DNA of 64,000 bases. It comes from Eledone cirrhosa (taxonomy: Eukaryota). Below the pieces are notes generated by a model, which was given only the letters and a program-made list of their open reading frames with translations, was not told the DNA's origin and ran no database searches. Shown in pieces: positions 1 through 12,410 of the stretch (position 1 is its first letter; each line of letters begins with the position of its first letter). The stretch spans positions 365,118,001-365,182,000 of the forward strand of contig OZ024741.1 in NCBI GenBank assembly GCA_964016885.1, given 5' to 3'. Position numbers and translations under genes: made by a program.

Positions 1-260
1 AATGAAAGTAGAATATATAAGATCGGCCATATATCGGGGCTAATCATATGAAATACTGGTAGTTGTTAAATAATAAAATATTCATTGAGAATTTCAATTG
101 TTTATCTTAGTGCTAGATACTTTTTACGGAGATTCATGAATCGGGCAAGGATATCCAGCGTTTAGAGAAATCAGAATTGTTTAAGGGCTGGAATGGTCCT
201 TCGTCGTTTTTGATGATGAATGTTCTCGTTTCTCGAACAATGTGCGATTGAAAAGAAGAG

Positions 261-449
261 ATAATTGTTTCTACTTTTGGCACAAGGCCAGCAATTACCC
301 AGTACATTACTGGTACTTTATTTTATCGACCCCGTAAGGATGAAAGGCAAAGTTAACCTCGGCGGGATTTGAACTCAGAATGGCAAGGGCCGTAACTCTA
401 TGCGTCAAAGCATGGCGTCCGACCCTCTACCGACGCTGCCAATCCACCG
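261..449 (-). mobile_element. tRNA-derived SINE (family A, Meta-domain-like core), full-length copy
   Basis: The minus strand reads an A-box-like TGGCAG..TCGG, the B box GAGTTCAAATCC, a core GCCTTTCATCCTTACGGGGTCGATAAAATAAAGTACCAG and the tail GCTGGCCTTGTGCCAAAAGTAGAAACAATTAT. GAGATAAT occurs at 258-265 and 450-457 (probable TSD). More than 15 copies or fragments occur in the window. Confidence 0.9.
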
Positions 450-454
450 GAGAT

Positions 455-573
<119 letters not shown>

Positions 574-574
574 A

Positions 575-1162
575 ATGTATGTATAGTATATTTGGCAATA
601 CACCGTATGTTTAATTAAAAACATTTAGAAAACCATTCACTATGAGTTTTAAAGTAGTGACTATGTAACTTATTTTCGGCAAAAACAAAGGGAGAGAAGC
701 TGACACACTGTTTCTCGCTTGTTGGCGTTTATCAAAACCACAGACTCCCCTTCCTTTGCCGAAAATTATAGAAGGTGGATCCTTATAGAATTGCAGTAAT
801 ATTTAAGACCTGATTAAACAGAGCAGTTGCCGGTCCAGCAAAAATTAGATATTAGTATTGGTGCTCTGAAATAGGGAGGTATACATGAATGTATTTGGCA
901 ATATACCATATTTTGGGTTAGAAATATTTAGAAGACCATTCGCTATGAGTTTTAAAGTAGTGACTATGTCACTTAATTAGGGTCGGACTGTCAATTAGTC
1001 TCCCTTTGTTTTTGCCGAAAATAAGTAAGTGACATAGTCACTATTTTAACACTCACAATCAATGGTCTTCTAAATGTTTTTAATTAAACATACGGTATAT
1101 TGCCAGATATACTCTACATATATTCATGTATACATCGCTATTTCAGAGCACCAATACTAATA
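575..1162. repeat. Non-coding element with two direct copies and one inverted copy of a ~100-170 bp segment, between (TA)n tracts
   Basis: 590-670 resembles 892-975 (direct). 990-1162 is the reverse complement of the 851-890 and 580-705 segments. Confidence 0.75.
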
Positions 1163-1747
1163 TATATATATATCATCCCTCACTCTCAAGCGTGAACCTA
1201 ATACAAACACTGTTCTTAACTGCACTCCTTGTTTTTGTTTTGTTATTTGCCAATATATATATATATATATATATAGTAAAAGGGCGAAAGCAGCGATTCG
1301 TTGCTTAAACTTTAATCTGTTATTTTAATAAAGAAATATATATATATACTATAAATTATGTCCTTAGAATCAATTGATAAGATATATACTCAATTTCCTC
1401 TCCCAATTATCATAATCAACCACACAAAAAAACAATTAAACCAGGATATAAGATTAAAAAGCACCTGTGAAGAAATAATAGATAAATATATATCTTATCA
1501 ATTGATTCTAAGGACATAATTTATAGTATATTTCTCTGATTATTTAATTTATTAATTCATCCTTGAGCCACATCGTGAATGGTTGCCAAAATCATATCTA
1601 TAAATTTGTCTAGTTTGTGTATATGTAAATCTTTATATTTTATATATCACCCGGAGATTTACCCATTTGCATTGTCGAGGCTTCCAAACGACTTAAAGAT
1701 ATTTACTGATTGTTCCACAATGCTTCAAGCAAACTTCAATACTCTCT

Positions 1748-1796
<49 letters not shown>

Positions 1797-2184
1797 ATAT
1801 ATATATATCTTTTACATATATTTATATATACATATGGGGGACGGCATTATCCGGAATGACGTGTTACATTTTAAAGTTGGCAGGGAGAATCGATGGAAAC
1901 TTAAGTATGGTTATTTCTAACATGTCAAGAGACAATAAGACATGGAAATACCAGCCCTTTTGCGCACTCCTTGTTGTCGTGACAATAAAAAAAGTGTTAC
2001 GTGTGGAATGTTTCAGGATGCTTTTGAAATAATCATTGTACGGCTGATTTTTACATGTGTTACTGACCTTTTGGCAGACTGGCTTGTTAGCTGGCTGGTA
2101 GGCTGACTGGTTGAAAAGGAAGATGAGGGAGGAAATTAATACTGAAAACGATGATAATATCACCACATATGTTTGTAGACGTAT

Positions 2185-2217
<33 letters not shown>

Positions 2218-2226
<9 letters not shown>

Positions 2227-2645
2227 TAAACAAATAATGAATAAAACAATGAAACAGTTCCTTATATTAAACAAAACAAGTTCATTATTTAACGATCGTT
2301 TCTAGGATATATATGTGTTAGAATTGGCATGCATATTCAACAGATCTATGTACAAAATTATACAAAATTATACAAACTATCAAGATTAAATATACATACC
2401 AAACACACATATAAGCCGTCTTCAGAAATAATTATTTCTGAAGACGGCTTATATGTGTGTTTGGTATGTATATTTAATCTTGATAGTTTGTATAATTTTG
2501 TATAATTTTGTACATAGATCTGTTGAATATGCATGCCAATTCTAACACATATATATCCTAGAAACGATCGTTAAATAATGAACTTTTTTTGTTTAATATA
2601 AGGAACTGTTTCATTGTTTTATTCATTATTTGTTTAATATTTTAT
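2218..2645. repeat. Near-perfect ~428 bp palindrome with no loop (fold-back mini-element)
   Basis: Centre AAATAA|TTATTT at 2431/2432. The arms are reverse complements with about one mismatch. The left end abuts (TA)n. Confidence 0.95.
2432..2578 (+). ncRNA. Type I hammerhead ribozyme with ~115 nt extended stem II
   Basis: TTATTT-CTGAAGA-[long hairpin]-GAAA-CGATCG-TT-AAATAA. Stem I is TTATTT/AAATAA, stem III is palindromic, and the site is GUU. A mirror copy lies on the minus strand in the left arm. Confidence 0.75.
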
Positions 2646-2849
2646 CTTGACTCTGTATACCGTTTATCTTTCACCGAAAGTGATTTTTCATTACATCTCT
2701 TCTTTCCATGATATCCGGAATACATTGAGTTCTTCATACGGATTGGACACTACCGTAAACTCTTGGTAGATTTATCTACATATATATATATATATATGAA
2801 TTAGCCGTCGAAACGGCTTGAGCTCAGCTGTCGGGGTCTTACTGGTTCC

Positions 2850-2880
<31 letters not shown>

Positions 2881-2997
2881 GTTTGTGTGTGTGTGTGCGT
2901 TTATCATAAATAGAAATGAATTCTAGAATATCAGAACTGTTTCTTTCGTAAAAAATCAGCACCCCGACATAACACAGGAATCTACATTAGATATAAA

Positions 2998-3331
2998 CAG
3001 TAGTCCCCCGGTATTTGCGGGGATTACGTTCTTTCAACACCCGCGAATATTGGGCGTGGTCCATAAAAAATACCAATAAACGTCAAAATATACCGTAAAA
3101 TATAATAAAAAAAAAGAGGCAGCGTCGTATGCGAAGGGGCGTCCAATAGGCCGGCAAATACGGTATATTGTTATCAATAATTTAGCGTTAAAAATATATA
3201 TTGCCACAAATAAATGTATAAAAAATCGCTGAAGATCTTAGCGATTCCGCGAATATGCGGTGTTTTCCACGAACAATTATTAGTTGAGGAAAATTCCGCG
3301 ATTAACCGGGACCGCGAATGCCGGGGGTACA

Positions 3332-3334
<3 letters not shown>
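2998..3334. mobile_element. Tigger/pogo-like MITE
   Basis: Imperfect TIRs CAGTAGTCCCCCGGTATTTGCG and CGCGAATGCCGGGGGTACACTG, with TA at the right flank. A second copy lies in opposite orientation at 10007-10332. Confidence 0.8.
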
Positions 3335-3397
<63 letters not shown>

Positions 3398-4707
3398 CAA
3401 TACTGTGAGCAACGGCAGGGATTGGATGTTTATAAGACATTTTGATTTAAAATGTGTTGTTAAGGTGTGGAGGCAACAGAGTGCATCAACACATCACGTT
3501 AAAGATAGTTACCAAATTAAAGGACCCCTTCAGTCATAAATGGCCATGGCTTTTTTACCCATGACATATCGATCATAGATTTACTTCTCTGAGTCACAAA
3601 CGTCTGTAGGTTATTTTGCGGAAGACAAGCTGTTATGTATGCATATAGATCTCTCATTTCCCTGCTATTGATGCTGTTCAAAATAATAGCAAAGGCTGAT
3701 ACAGTTTGGCACCTGTATCGTTGCAAGGTATATTTTTCTATCTGAATGGACTGGAGCCACGTGAAATAAAATGTCTTGCTCACGGACATAATCAGTCAGG
3801 GAATCCAACTTAAGATCTCCTGTTTGCGAACCCAAATCCTCAAGCACTAATCCAGGCTGTGGAAACCTGTTTATAAGAAGAATTTTAATTTCTGTGTTTT
3901 TTCTTTGCAATATTTCATTCATTCTCAATTAAATCGTGCGAAACCGTTTTGCTGGTTTGACAGCTGACGAGAGTGAAGATGTATGTGTGTGAATTTGTCT
4001 TGTACATGACCCCTCTTTATTTCCTCTTCCGGTCAATTCTGTGTGCCAACACACTTCTTGTCCTTCTCCTTTTTCAATATTTTCTATGTTGCACCTGCCT
4101 GTCCCCCATCTTGTGCATTATTATCTATTGATTACTGGCCAGTGGTCTCTGTCCTGTGAGACATATTTGCCCATCCTTCTCTTTGACAGCATTTAGCTGT
4201 TTTAACGGCTATTCTAGCGATGAGTCTTCTCATTTTTATGTATTTCATTGATACTTGTTATGATGGCATGTGACATAGCTGAAGAGCCAGCGTTGTTACA
4301 CACTGTATCTCACTGAATCTGACATGAGAATTATGTTAAGGTTATTCTGAAATGCCCAGCACTTGCATGTTAATTTCAGAAGCAAATAATTTCGTTTGTC
4401 AAACAACTGGGACAGTCATCGTGGCAGCTGATGCAGGTTCAACACACAAAGGTGTGTGCATACGCATAGGTTTAATGCGTACTGTGTTCCGTTTTATGAG
4501 ATTTTCCTTGACAATATGTTAATCTATTCTCTACTAAAACCTGTATTTGGTTTATATATTATTCATTAGATCTGTTATGTGTGCTGTTATATCGCTCATT
4601 TTGTTACTATTGTTTTATTCGACTAGAAGATTATTAGCATATATTTAGTTATCAATCTTTTCTTCTTATCCTCTAAATTTCTCTTTCTAGTGGAGATGTG
4701 TCTAAAG

Positions 4708-5038
4708 CAGTGATTCACAAACGGAAGGTAATTGACTCCCTATGGTGTAATGTTAGCCAAGAAAGGAATCAACATTGGAAAAGAATGGTATACGTTGCGT
4801 ATATCCAATGAATTACCAATATACCCAAATATATATGTGATCAGAATTTACAGCTCAAAAAAAACTACTGTTTGAAACTTAAGCCGTTTGAGACTATACA
4901 ATTATTGAGGATTGTAATGTTTGCCCATGTAAAATGGTATTCTAGTGAAAAGTTATTAAATTACTATTTAAAATGGGAGGAATTGAGGAAACAGGATTGG
5001 TAAGGTAGGAATATGAACTGGGTCTCCAAGAAGCACTG
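4708..5038. mobile_element. Degraded hAT (Charlie-like) MITE
   Basis: CAGTG...CACTG termini and an imperfect 8 bp TSD GTCTAAAG/GTTTAAAA. Confidence 0.55.
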
Positions 5039-5598
5039 GTTTAAAATATCTTCCAAGTGTGTGACCTCCGTCGATTCCAGCGTTGAATATTTCTGTTGTT
5101 CACACAACGGACTAGACTTCTCATGAAATTAACATGCAAATGACTGAGAATTCCGAGGACACTAGCACAATTAACGAAGTACTCAGGCATATTCAGCATG
5201 ACAAGGATGACCCTTTGAATTACAAGTATAATTCAGGTTTGCCAGCTAAGTGCAATAGAGCAACATAAAAATGATATTTTGCTTGCGAATCGTACGATCT
5301 TACAATCGTGAGCCTAAAAGCCATACCACTAAGGCGTGCGTCTTCAAGGACCTTCTAAATGGTGACTTTATAACTGAAGATTTACAACAATGTTGGCATT
5401 GCCAATTTCTATTCACATATGAACATTTATTAGTATTTTTATGGTTTTGTGTCATTGTATATATATATATATACATACACACACACACATATAGTTCCTT
5501 ACTACATCATATAACAATGGAGTCGTTAAGCTCCTTTATCATCATTTAAATCATTGTAAAGTTTATCTTACACATACACATTACACATGCTCTCCTCT

Positions 5599-5655
<57 letters not shown>

Positions 5656-5672
5656 TCTCTCTCTCTCTATCT

Positions 5673-5704
<32 letters not shown>

Positions 5705-6136
5705 GACACTAACACAGAAACATACATAAGAATGAAAGAATGTTAAGCAATAGGGAATTTAATTCTAAATTGCTGAGTAGAATATATTTTCGAACGAAGC
5801 CAGCTGAATGGAATTTACGTAACCTAGGACTGGATATATATTTACAGGGATGAATAAAGTGATAAGGTAAGTCTACTCAGCTGAAACGATCGTAAATCCA
5901 TGGATTCATAACTACTTATATTTTCTTTCCAGCATGTATGTATGTATGTATGTATGTATGTATGTATGTATGTATGTATGTATGTATGTATGTATGTATG
6001 TATGTATGTATGTACGTATGTATGTTTGTATGTATGTATGTATGTATGTATGTATGTATGTATGTATGTATGTATGTACGTATGTTCCGGTTTTATAATT
6101 TCACAAATTTTTGTATGTATGTATGTATATATGTAT

Positions 6137-7401
6137 GTACAACCTGTCTCGTGGTCGGGTCTTTGGCGACTAAACTGGCAACCCCACCAAGGTTTCTTGG
6201 TGAGGAGGGTGACTTTGGACATCCTGCAGGACTAAAAACAAAACCTCTCAAAGGGCAAAGGAGCTCTTAGGAGTCAATGGCCATCCAAAATCACCGGGAG
6301 AGATGACCCCTTAGCCTTTGTCAAGGCAGAATTCTAGGAGAAGGAAAACTCTGATATAACACCTGCAACCCGATGGTATCCAATGATGTTGACTTGTTCT
6401 TCTTTTTGGTAAATATCATCTGGGTTAAGAGAGTGGGACTGGCTTTGTGCAGTGCCTTTGCTCACTATAAAAGCTTCACGGCACATATATTGCTTTATAT
6501 CTGGAGATCTCTCTGCACTTGTCGTCACATGGTACCATGGACCCAGCACTATGTGTCAATAATTGTCACACGTGTAGTGTTTGTACCAGAGTTTTCAAGT
6601 TGCTGGCTGGACTAAAAAGTCACACTCGTTCAGCGCATCGGCAGCGGTTCTCCTACATGGATATAAATAGTCACCGTACTCGAAAACGAGTTGGCAGCCA
6701 CCATGTATGTATGTATGTATGTATGTATGTATGTATGTATGTATGTATGTATGTATGTATGTATGTATGTATATATGTATGTATGTATGTATGTCAGGTC
6801 ACCACTCGGTGCTACTGGTAACATGTATCCCAGTACAACCTGTCTCATGGTCGGGTCGTTGGCGACTAAACTGGCAACCCCACCAAGGTTTCTTGGTGAG
6901 GAGGGTGACTTTGGACATCCTGCAGGACTAAAAACAAAACCTGTCAAAGGGCAAAGGAGCTCTTAAGAGTCAATGGCCATCCAAAATCACTGGGAGAGAT
7001 GACCCCTTAGCCTTTGTCAAGGCAGAATTCTAGGAGAAGGAAAACTCTGATATAACACCTGCAACCCTGATGGTATCCAATGATGTTGACTTGTTCTTCT
7101 TTTTGGTAAATATCATCTTGGTTAAGAGAGTGGGACTGGCTTTGTGCAGTGCCTTTGCTCACTATAAAAGCTTCACGGCACAGGCATTGCTTTATATCTG
7201 GAGATCTCTCTGTACTTGTCGTCACATGGTACCAAAGGCAAAGCACTATGTGTCAATAATTGTCACAAGTGTAGTGTTTGTACCAGAGTTTTCAAGTCGC
7301 TGGCTGGACTAAAAAGTCACACTCGTTCAGCGCATCGGTAGGGGTTCTCCTACATGGATATAAAGTAGTGGCCGTACTCGAAAACGAGTTGGCAGCCACC
7401 A

Positions 7402-7437
<36 letters not shown>

Positions 7438-7615
7438 TGTATGTATGTATGTATGTATGTATGTATGTATGTATGTATGTATGTGTATATATATATATAT
7501 ATATGTATGTGTATGTATATATATATATATATATGTATGTGCATATATATATATGTATGTATGTATGTGTATATATATATATGTATGTATGTGTATGTAT
7601 ATATATGTATGTATG

Positions 7616-7673
<58 letters not shown>

Positions 7674-8770
7674 TGTATGTGTATATATATATATATGTAT
7701 GTATGTATGTATATATGTATGTGTATATATGTGTATATATGTCAGGTCACCAGTTGGTGCTACTGGTAACATGTATCCCAGTACAACCTGTCTCATGGTC
7801 GGGTCTTTGGCGACTAAACTGGCAACCCCACCAAGGTTTCTTGGTGAGGAGGGTGACTTTGGACATCCTGCAGGACTAAAAACAAAACCTGTCAAAGGGC
7901 AAAGGAGCTATTAAGAGTCAATGGCCATCCAAAATCACCGGGAGAGATGACCCCTTAGCCTTTGTCAAGGCAGAATTCTAGGAGAAGGAATACTCTGATA
8001 TAATACCTGCAGCCCTGATGGTATCCAATGATGTTGACTTGTTCTTCTTTTTGGTAAATATCATCTTGGTTAAGAGAGTGGGACTGGCTTTGTGCAGTGC
8101 CTTTGCTCACTATAAAAGCTTCACGGCACAGGCATTGCTTTATATCTGGAGATCTCTCTGCACTTGTCGTCACATGGTACCATCGGCCCAGCACTATGTG
8201 TCAATAATTGTCACAGGTGTAGTGTTTGTACCAGAGTTTTCAAGTCGCTGGCTGGACTAAAAAGTCACTCGTTCAGCGCATCGGTAGGGGTTCTCCTACA
8301 TGGATATAAAGTAGTGGCCGTACTCGAAAACGAGTTGGCAGCCACCATGTATGTATGTATGTATGTATGTATGACACCTTAGCCTTTGTCAAGGCAGAAT
8401 TCTAGAAGGTAAACTCTGATATAACACCTGCAACTCTGATGGTACCCAATGATGTTGACTTGTTCTTCTTTTTGGTAAATATCATCTTGGTTAAGTGAGT
8501 GGGACTGGCTTTGTACAGTGCCTTTGCTCACTATAAAAGCTTCACGGCACAGGCATTGCTTTATATCTGGAGATCTCTCTGCACTTGTCGTCACATGGTA
8601 CCAAGGGCCCAGCATTATGTGTCAATAATTGTGACAGGTGTAGTGTTTGTACCAGAGTTTTCAAGTTGCTGGCTGGACTAAAAAGTCACACTCGTTCAGC
8701 GCATCGGTAGGAGTTTTCCTACATGGATATAAAGTAGTGGCCGTACTCGAAAACGAGTTGGCAGCCACCA
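6137..8770 (+). mobile_element. Tandem array of four copies of a ~600 bp RTE-derived non-autonomous retroelement with (TATG)n tails
   Basis: Units at ~6137-6703, 6794-7400, 7742-8347 and 8377-8770 (first and last 5'-truncated). They carry an RTE-like 5' UTR motif CTAGGAGAAGGAAAACTCTGA and a 3' part encoding C2H2-like [17 protein letters not shown], typical of RTE C-termini. Each ends GGCAGCCACCA followed by the microsatellite. Confidence 0.75.
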
Positions 8771-9009
8771 TGTATGTATGTATGTATGTATGTATGTATG
8801 TATGTATGTATGTATGTATGTATGTATGTATGTATGTATGTATGTATGTATATTTATGTATATATGTATGTATGCATGTGTGCAGATATGTATGCAGGCA
8901 CGTATGTATGCCTGAACGTAAGTATGTATGTATGTATGTATGTATGTATGTATGTATGTATGTATGTATGTATGTATGAATGTATGTATGTATGTTTGTA
9001 TGTATATAT

Positions 9010-9200
9010 GTCTCTCTTTCTCTTAATTTTGAGTACATTTTTGACCGGTCACCTCCCTGGTTCAAGGTTGTAAAAGAAAAGATATTGTCATCCCTTGAAT
9101 CGCAAGAATTTTTTGCAAATTTTGAAGGTGACAGCTATCGCGGCCATTTGTAGTATATGAATTAGGGAGCTGTGCTCTTTATCCGCAAATACAAGTTCAG
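9010..9200 (-). mobile_element. 3' end fragment of an R4/Dong-like non-LTR retrotransposon
   Basis: The minus strand translates ...LIHILQMAAIAVTFKICKKFLRF, followed by a short UTR and (CATA)n. Confidence 0.5.
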
Positions 9201-9253
9201 TTATGTATGTATGTATGTATGTATGTATGTATGTATGTATGTATGTATGTATT

Positions 9254-9316
<63 letters not shown>

Positions 9317-9329
9317 GAATGTATGTATG

Positions 9330-9805
9330 TTCTTCTGGTTTTATAATTTTGTAAATGTTTACCAATAGAGAGAGAATCGGTTTCTAACATAGACTCAAGG
9401 CTCTCATTGGAATTTAAACAACATCAACTAGGTAGATATGCATAAATGTCTGCATGCATGTATATGTGTGTAGGTACGGATGTTAATGCATGTGTGGATG
9501 TGGATGTTTTGACTTATATGTGTGCATGTGCATATGCTATGTACATGTGTATATGCAGTTATTCGATGCAGAAGTTTTGGAATGTTTTACATATTTTTAC
9601 TGTTCCATTAATGGATTGTGCTTGTAATTTCCTAACTAGTCATGTTGTTTCTGTTTCTGTGAAGCCCACCTTCTCAAGATTTGTTTTGCGGCAGTTACTA
9701 ACATATTCCAGTGCCCCAATAACCACAGGTATAAATCTGAAGGTATAGTCAGGGTGGAGTATCTGCGTATTTCTCATTAATTCTCCACAGATATTCTCCT
9801 TTTCA
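9330..9805 (-). mobile_element. 3' end fragment of an R4/Dong-like (REL endonuclease) non-LTR retrotransposon
   Basis: The minus strand translates GELMRNTQILHPDYTFRFIPVVIGALEYV...LVRKLQAQSINGTVKICKTF. IPVVIGAL resembles the REL-clade C-terminal motif. The element ends in (CATA)n. Confidence 0.65.
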
Positions 9806-10006
9806 ATTCGTGCAAAGAGTTTGGAATTTTTATAATATTTATATAAACAATGACAACATTAAATTCATGAGTATGTATGTAAAGATACAAGGATTCCGAG
9901 TCTTCAAATAATTTCATTTTGCTTTTGTTGGATGTATATTTAAAATAAGAATAATAATTGCATGATCAATAAAGCTCAAGCTAAAATCATCAAATAATAC
10001 CTTACA

Positions 10007-10332
10007 CAGTGTACTTCCGGCATTTGCGGTCCCGGTTATTCGCTGAATTTTCCTTAGAGCCTGACTAATTATTGGTCATGGAAACCACCGCATATTCGCG
10101 GAATCGTAAATGTTTTCCGCGATTTTCAATAGCATTTTTGTGGTAATATTTATTTTTTTACGCATTTTAACCCTAACTTATTCAAAACAATATACCGTAT
10201 TTGCCAGCCTATATCTTACGTTATGTTTTGATGTTTATAGGCAATTTTATGGGCCGCACCCTATATTCGTGGCTTTTCACTCTTCGCGGATGCTCTAGGA
10301 ACGTAGCCCCCGCGAATACCGGGGGACAACTG
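10007..10332. mobile_element. Tigger/pogo-like MITE, same family as 2998-3334, inverted
   Basis: Reverse-complement similarity to 2998-3334, including both TIRs. Confidence 0.8.
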
Positions 10333-11949
10333 AAAGATTGTTAATTTATAGAAATAAGAGGAGAGGAATACAGAGTATAAGAATCAGATACAGTGGAACC
10401 ACGGTTCACGAACTTAATTCGTCCTTGAAGGCTGTTCATCACCCGAAATGTTCGTAAACCGAAACTATGTTCCCATACGAAATGATACTGTGTTTGAAAA
10501 ACAGATAGATATCACCAGAGTAACTAACTACACAGCAAGTGACGTTTTCCCGCCGATACTCCAAGCTTGTGGCCAATTCTTGTTGATGGATTGTGTATTC
10601 GTTACTCAGGACACCGTTCATGAAACTGCAATATATAGTTCTAAGTCCTGTTGAGAAAAATGCGTTGTAGTTAGTATTAAAGACGAGATCAACGCTCTAA
10701 TTATGTTAGTATTTGCCAATCTCCAAATATGTTTGTACAGCGGTGTTCCAACAATACCTCTGAAACTATTTCGTCTATTACGTATATTTTGATATAAAAT
10801 TGTTATTGTACAATATAATATATGGTACAATATAATTTTTGCTGCTATCACTAAGCAAGAAGTTCGATCAATATATCAGACATGCCAACCTCTAAAGACC
10901 CAAACGGGGAGTATCATGACAAGAATAAATGAGGCAAAATGGAAAGATTTTACCTAATGAAAGCTATACCCATTTTCACAACAGAAGACATCACTCACCC
11001 ATTCCAAAGTGGGTGGGAGATCTCCCCTTCCGACGGAGAAAGCTGACAGGTTTGATATATCCACAGGGTTGATGAACATTTGCCATCTCACAGGATGGAT
11101 GATAAATAGTTAGAGTTGCCTTTGAAATGAGTCACATGGGTACAAAGAATGACATTTTCCAAAGGCAAGATGTTAATGCCGAAGAAGTGTAAAATCGTTT
11201 TCCCATTATATTAGCAAATTGAAAGGAAATTATATTGATAGAGCAAGGAGCAGATCAGTAATCCGAAATTACTTTCTCATACAACCAATACAACCAATAA
11301 AGCTCAGAGAGTGTACTATTACAGTCACTATAACTAAAATGATCCTTAGTCCCTATATATATATATATTGCACGATATACCATTATTAATAATTATTAAT
11401 TAATTCAGTAATGTACTGGGTAATTGCTGGCCTTGTGCCTAAAGTAGAAACAATTAATTAATTCTATCGTGCAATGCCTGTGCGTGAATATATTTTTTTA
11501 ATTGAGGAAAGACTGTGCAATGAGCCAATCCCACTCTCTGAGCGACAGTGTCTATAACCCGAAAAGAAGAAAAGATCAACATCAGGTTTTATATCGGAGT
11601 TATCCCAGTTTTCTGAGTTACCTTCTCCTAGAATGCCCCACCAAGTTTACTTGGTGAGGAGGGTGATTTTGGACACCCTGCAGGAAAAGAACAAAACCTG
11701 ACAAAGGGCGGAAGAACTCATAAGAGTCAACCGCCATCCGTATATACTTACCTTATGCATATTAACGGCTGAGTAGCCCAATTTGCATATCGAGTGGGTT
11801 AATCGGCCGGGTGCACCGAAAACGATAAGCGGAAAAAATGAAACGAAATTTCATTTCCGATTAACCCACTCGATATGCAAATTAGGCTACTCAGCCGTTA
11901 ATATGCATAAGGTAAGTATATACGTTCACCAATCTGGCAGGAAGGTATA

Positions 11950-11990
11950 CGTTGCTGATGATAGCTAATAAGCTTGAAACTAGTACAGCG
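11950..11990 (+). ncRNA. Minimal type I hammerhead ribozyme
   Basis: CGTTG-CTGATGA-T AGCT AATA AGCT T-GAAA-CTAG-TA-CAGCG. Canonical core, palindromic stem III (ACTAGT), GUA site. Confidence 0.85.
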
Positions 11991-12369
11991 TTCCTTTGTC
12001 AGTGTTGAACAAACGAGCAACGATGGTTGCTGGACACTACGGCTTAATACGGGATGTTTGTTTACAAACATACCGAGCATTATAATAAATGTTCGGTGAA
12101 TCCATACGTACATATATATATGTGTGCATGTATGTATATATATATACATACTACTGTACGTCTGTATACATATATGTATGTACGTGTACATACTTATATT
12201 TAAGTAACAGCCGTACTAAGAGTGGGAAATGAAATTTCGTTTCATTTTTTCCGTTTATCGTTTTCGGTGCACTCGCCCGATTAACCCACTCGATATGCAA
12301 ATTGGGCTACTCAGCCGTTAATATGCATAAGGTAAGTATATCCGTTCAACAATCTGGCAGGAAGGTAGA

Positions 12370-12410
12370 CGTTGCTGACGATAGCTAATAAGCTTGAAAC
12401 TAGTACAGCG
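12370..12410 (+). ncRNA. Minimal type I hammerhead ribozyme, second tandem copy
   Basis: Identical to 11950-11990 except at the variable N7 position (CTGACGA). Confidence 0.85.

Noticed and set aside
261-449. tRNA gene suggested by A/B boxes (also 63155-63270)
   Set aside because: No complete cloverleaf. The boxes continue into multi-copy SINE cores and tails.
6519-6640. Host C2H2 zinc-finger gene
   Set aside because: A single finger lies inside a four-copy repeat, just before a microsatellite tail, and is frameshifted in some copies. It fits an RTE C-terminus.
5935-9010. Repeat-spacer look of the tandem array (CRISPR-like)
   Set aside because: Units are ~600 bp retroelement copies separated by microsatellites. 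There are no short constant repeats with unique spacers, no cas genes, and the context is eukaryotic.
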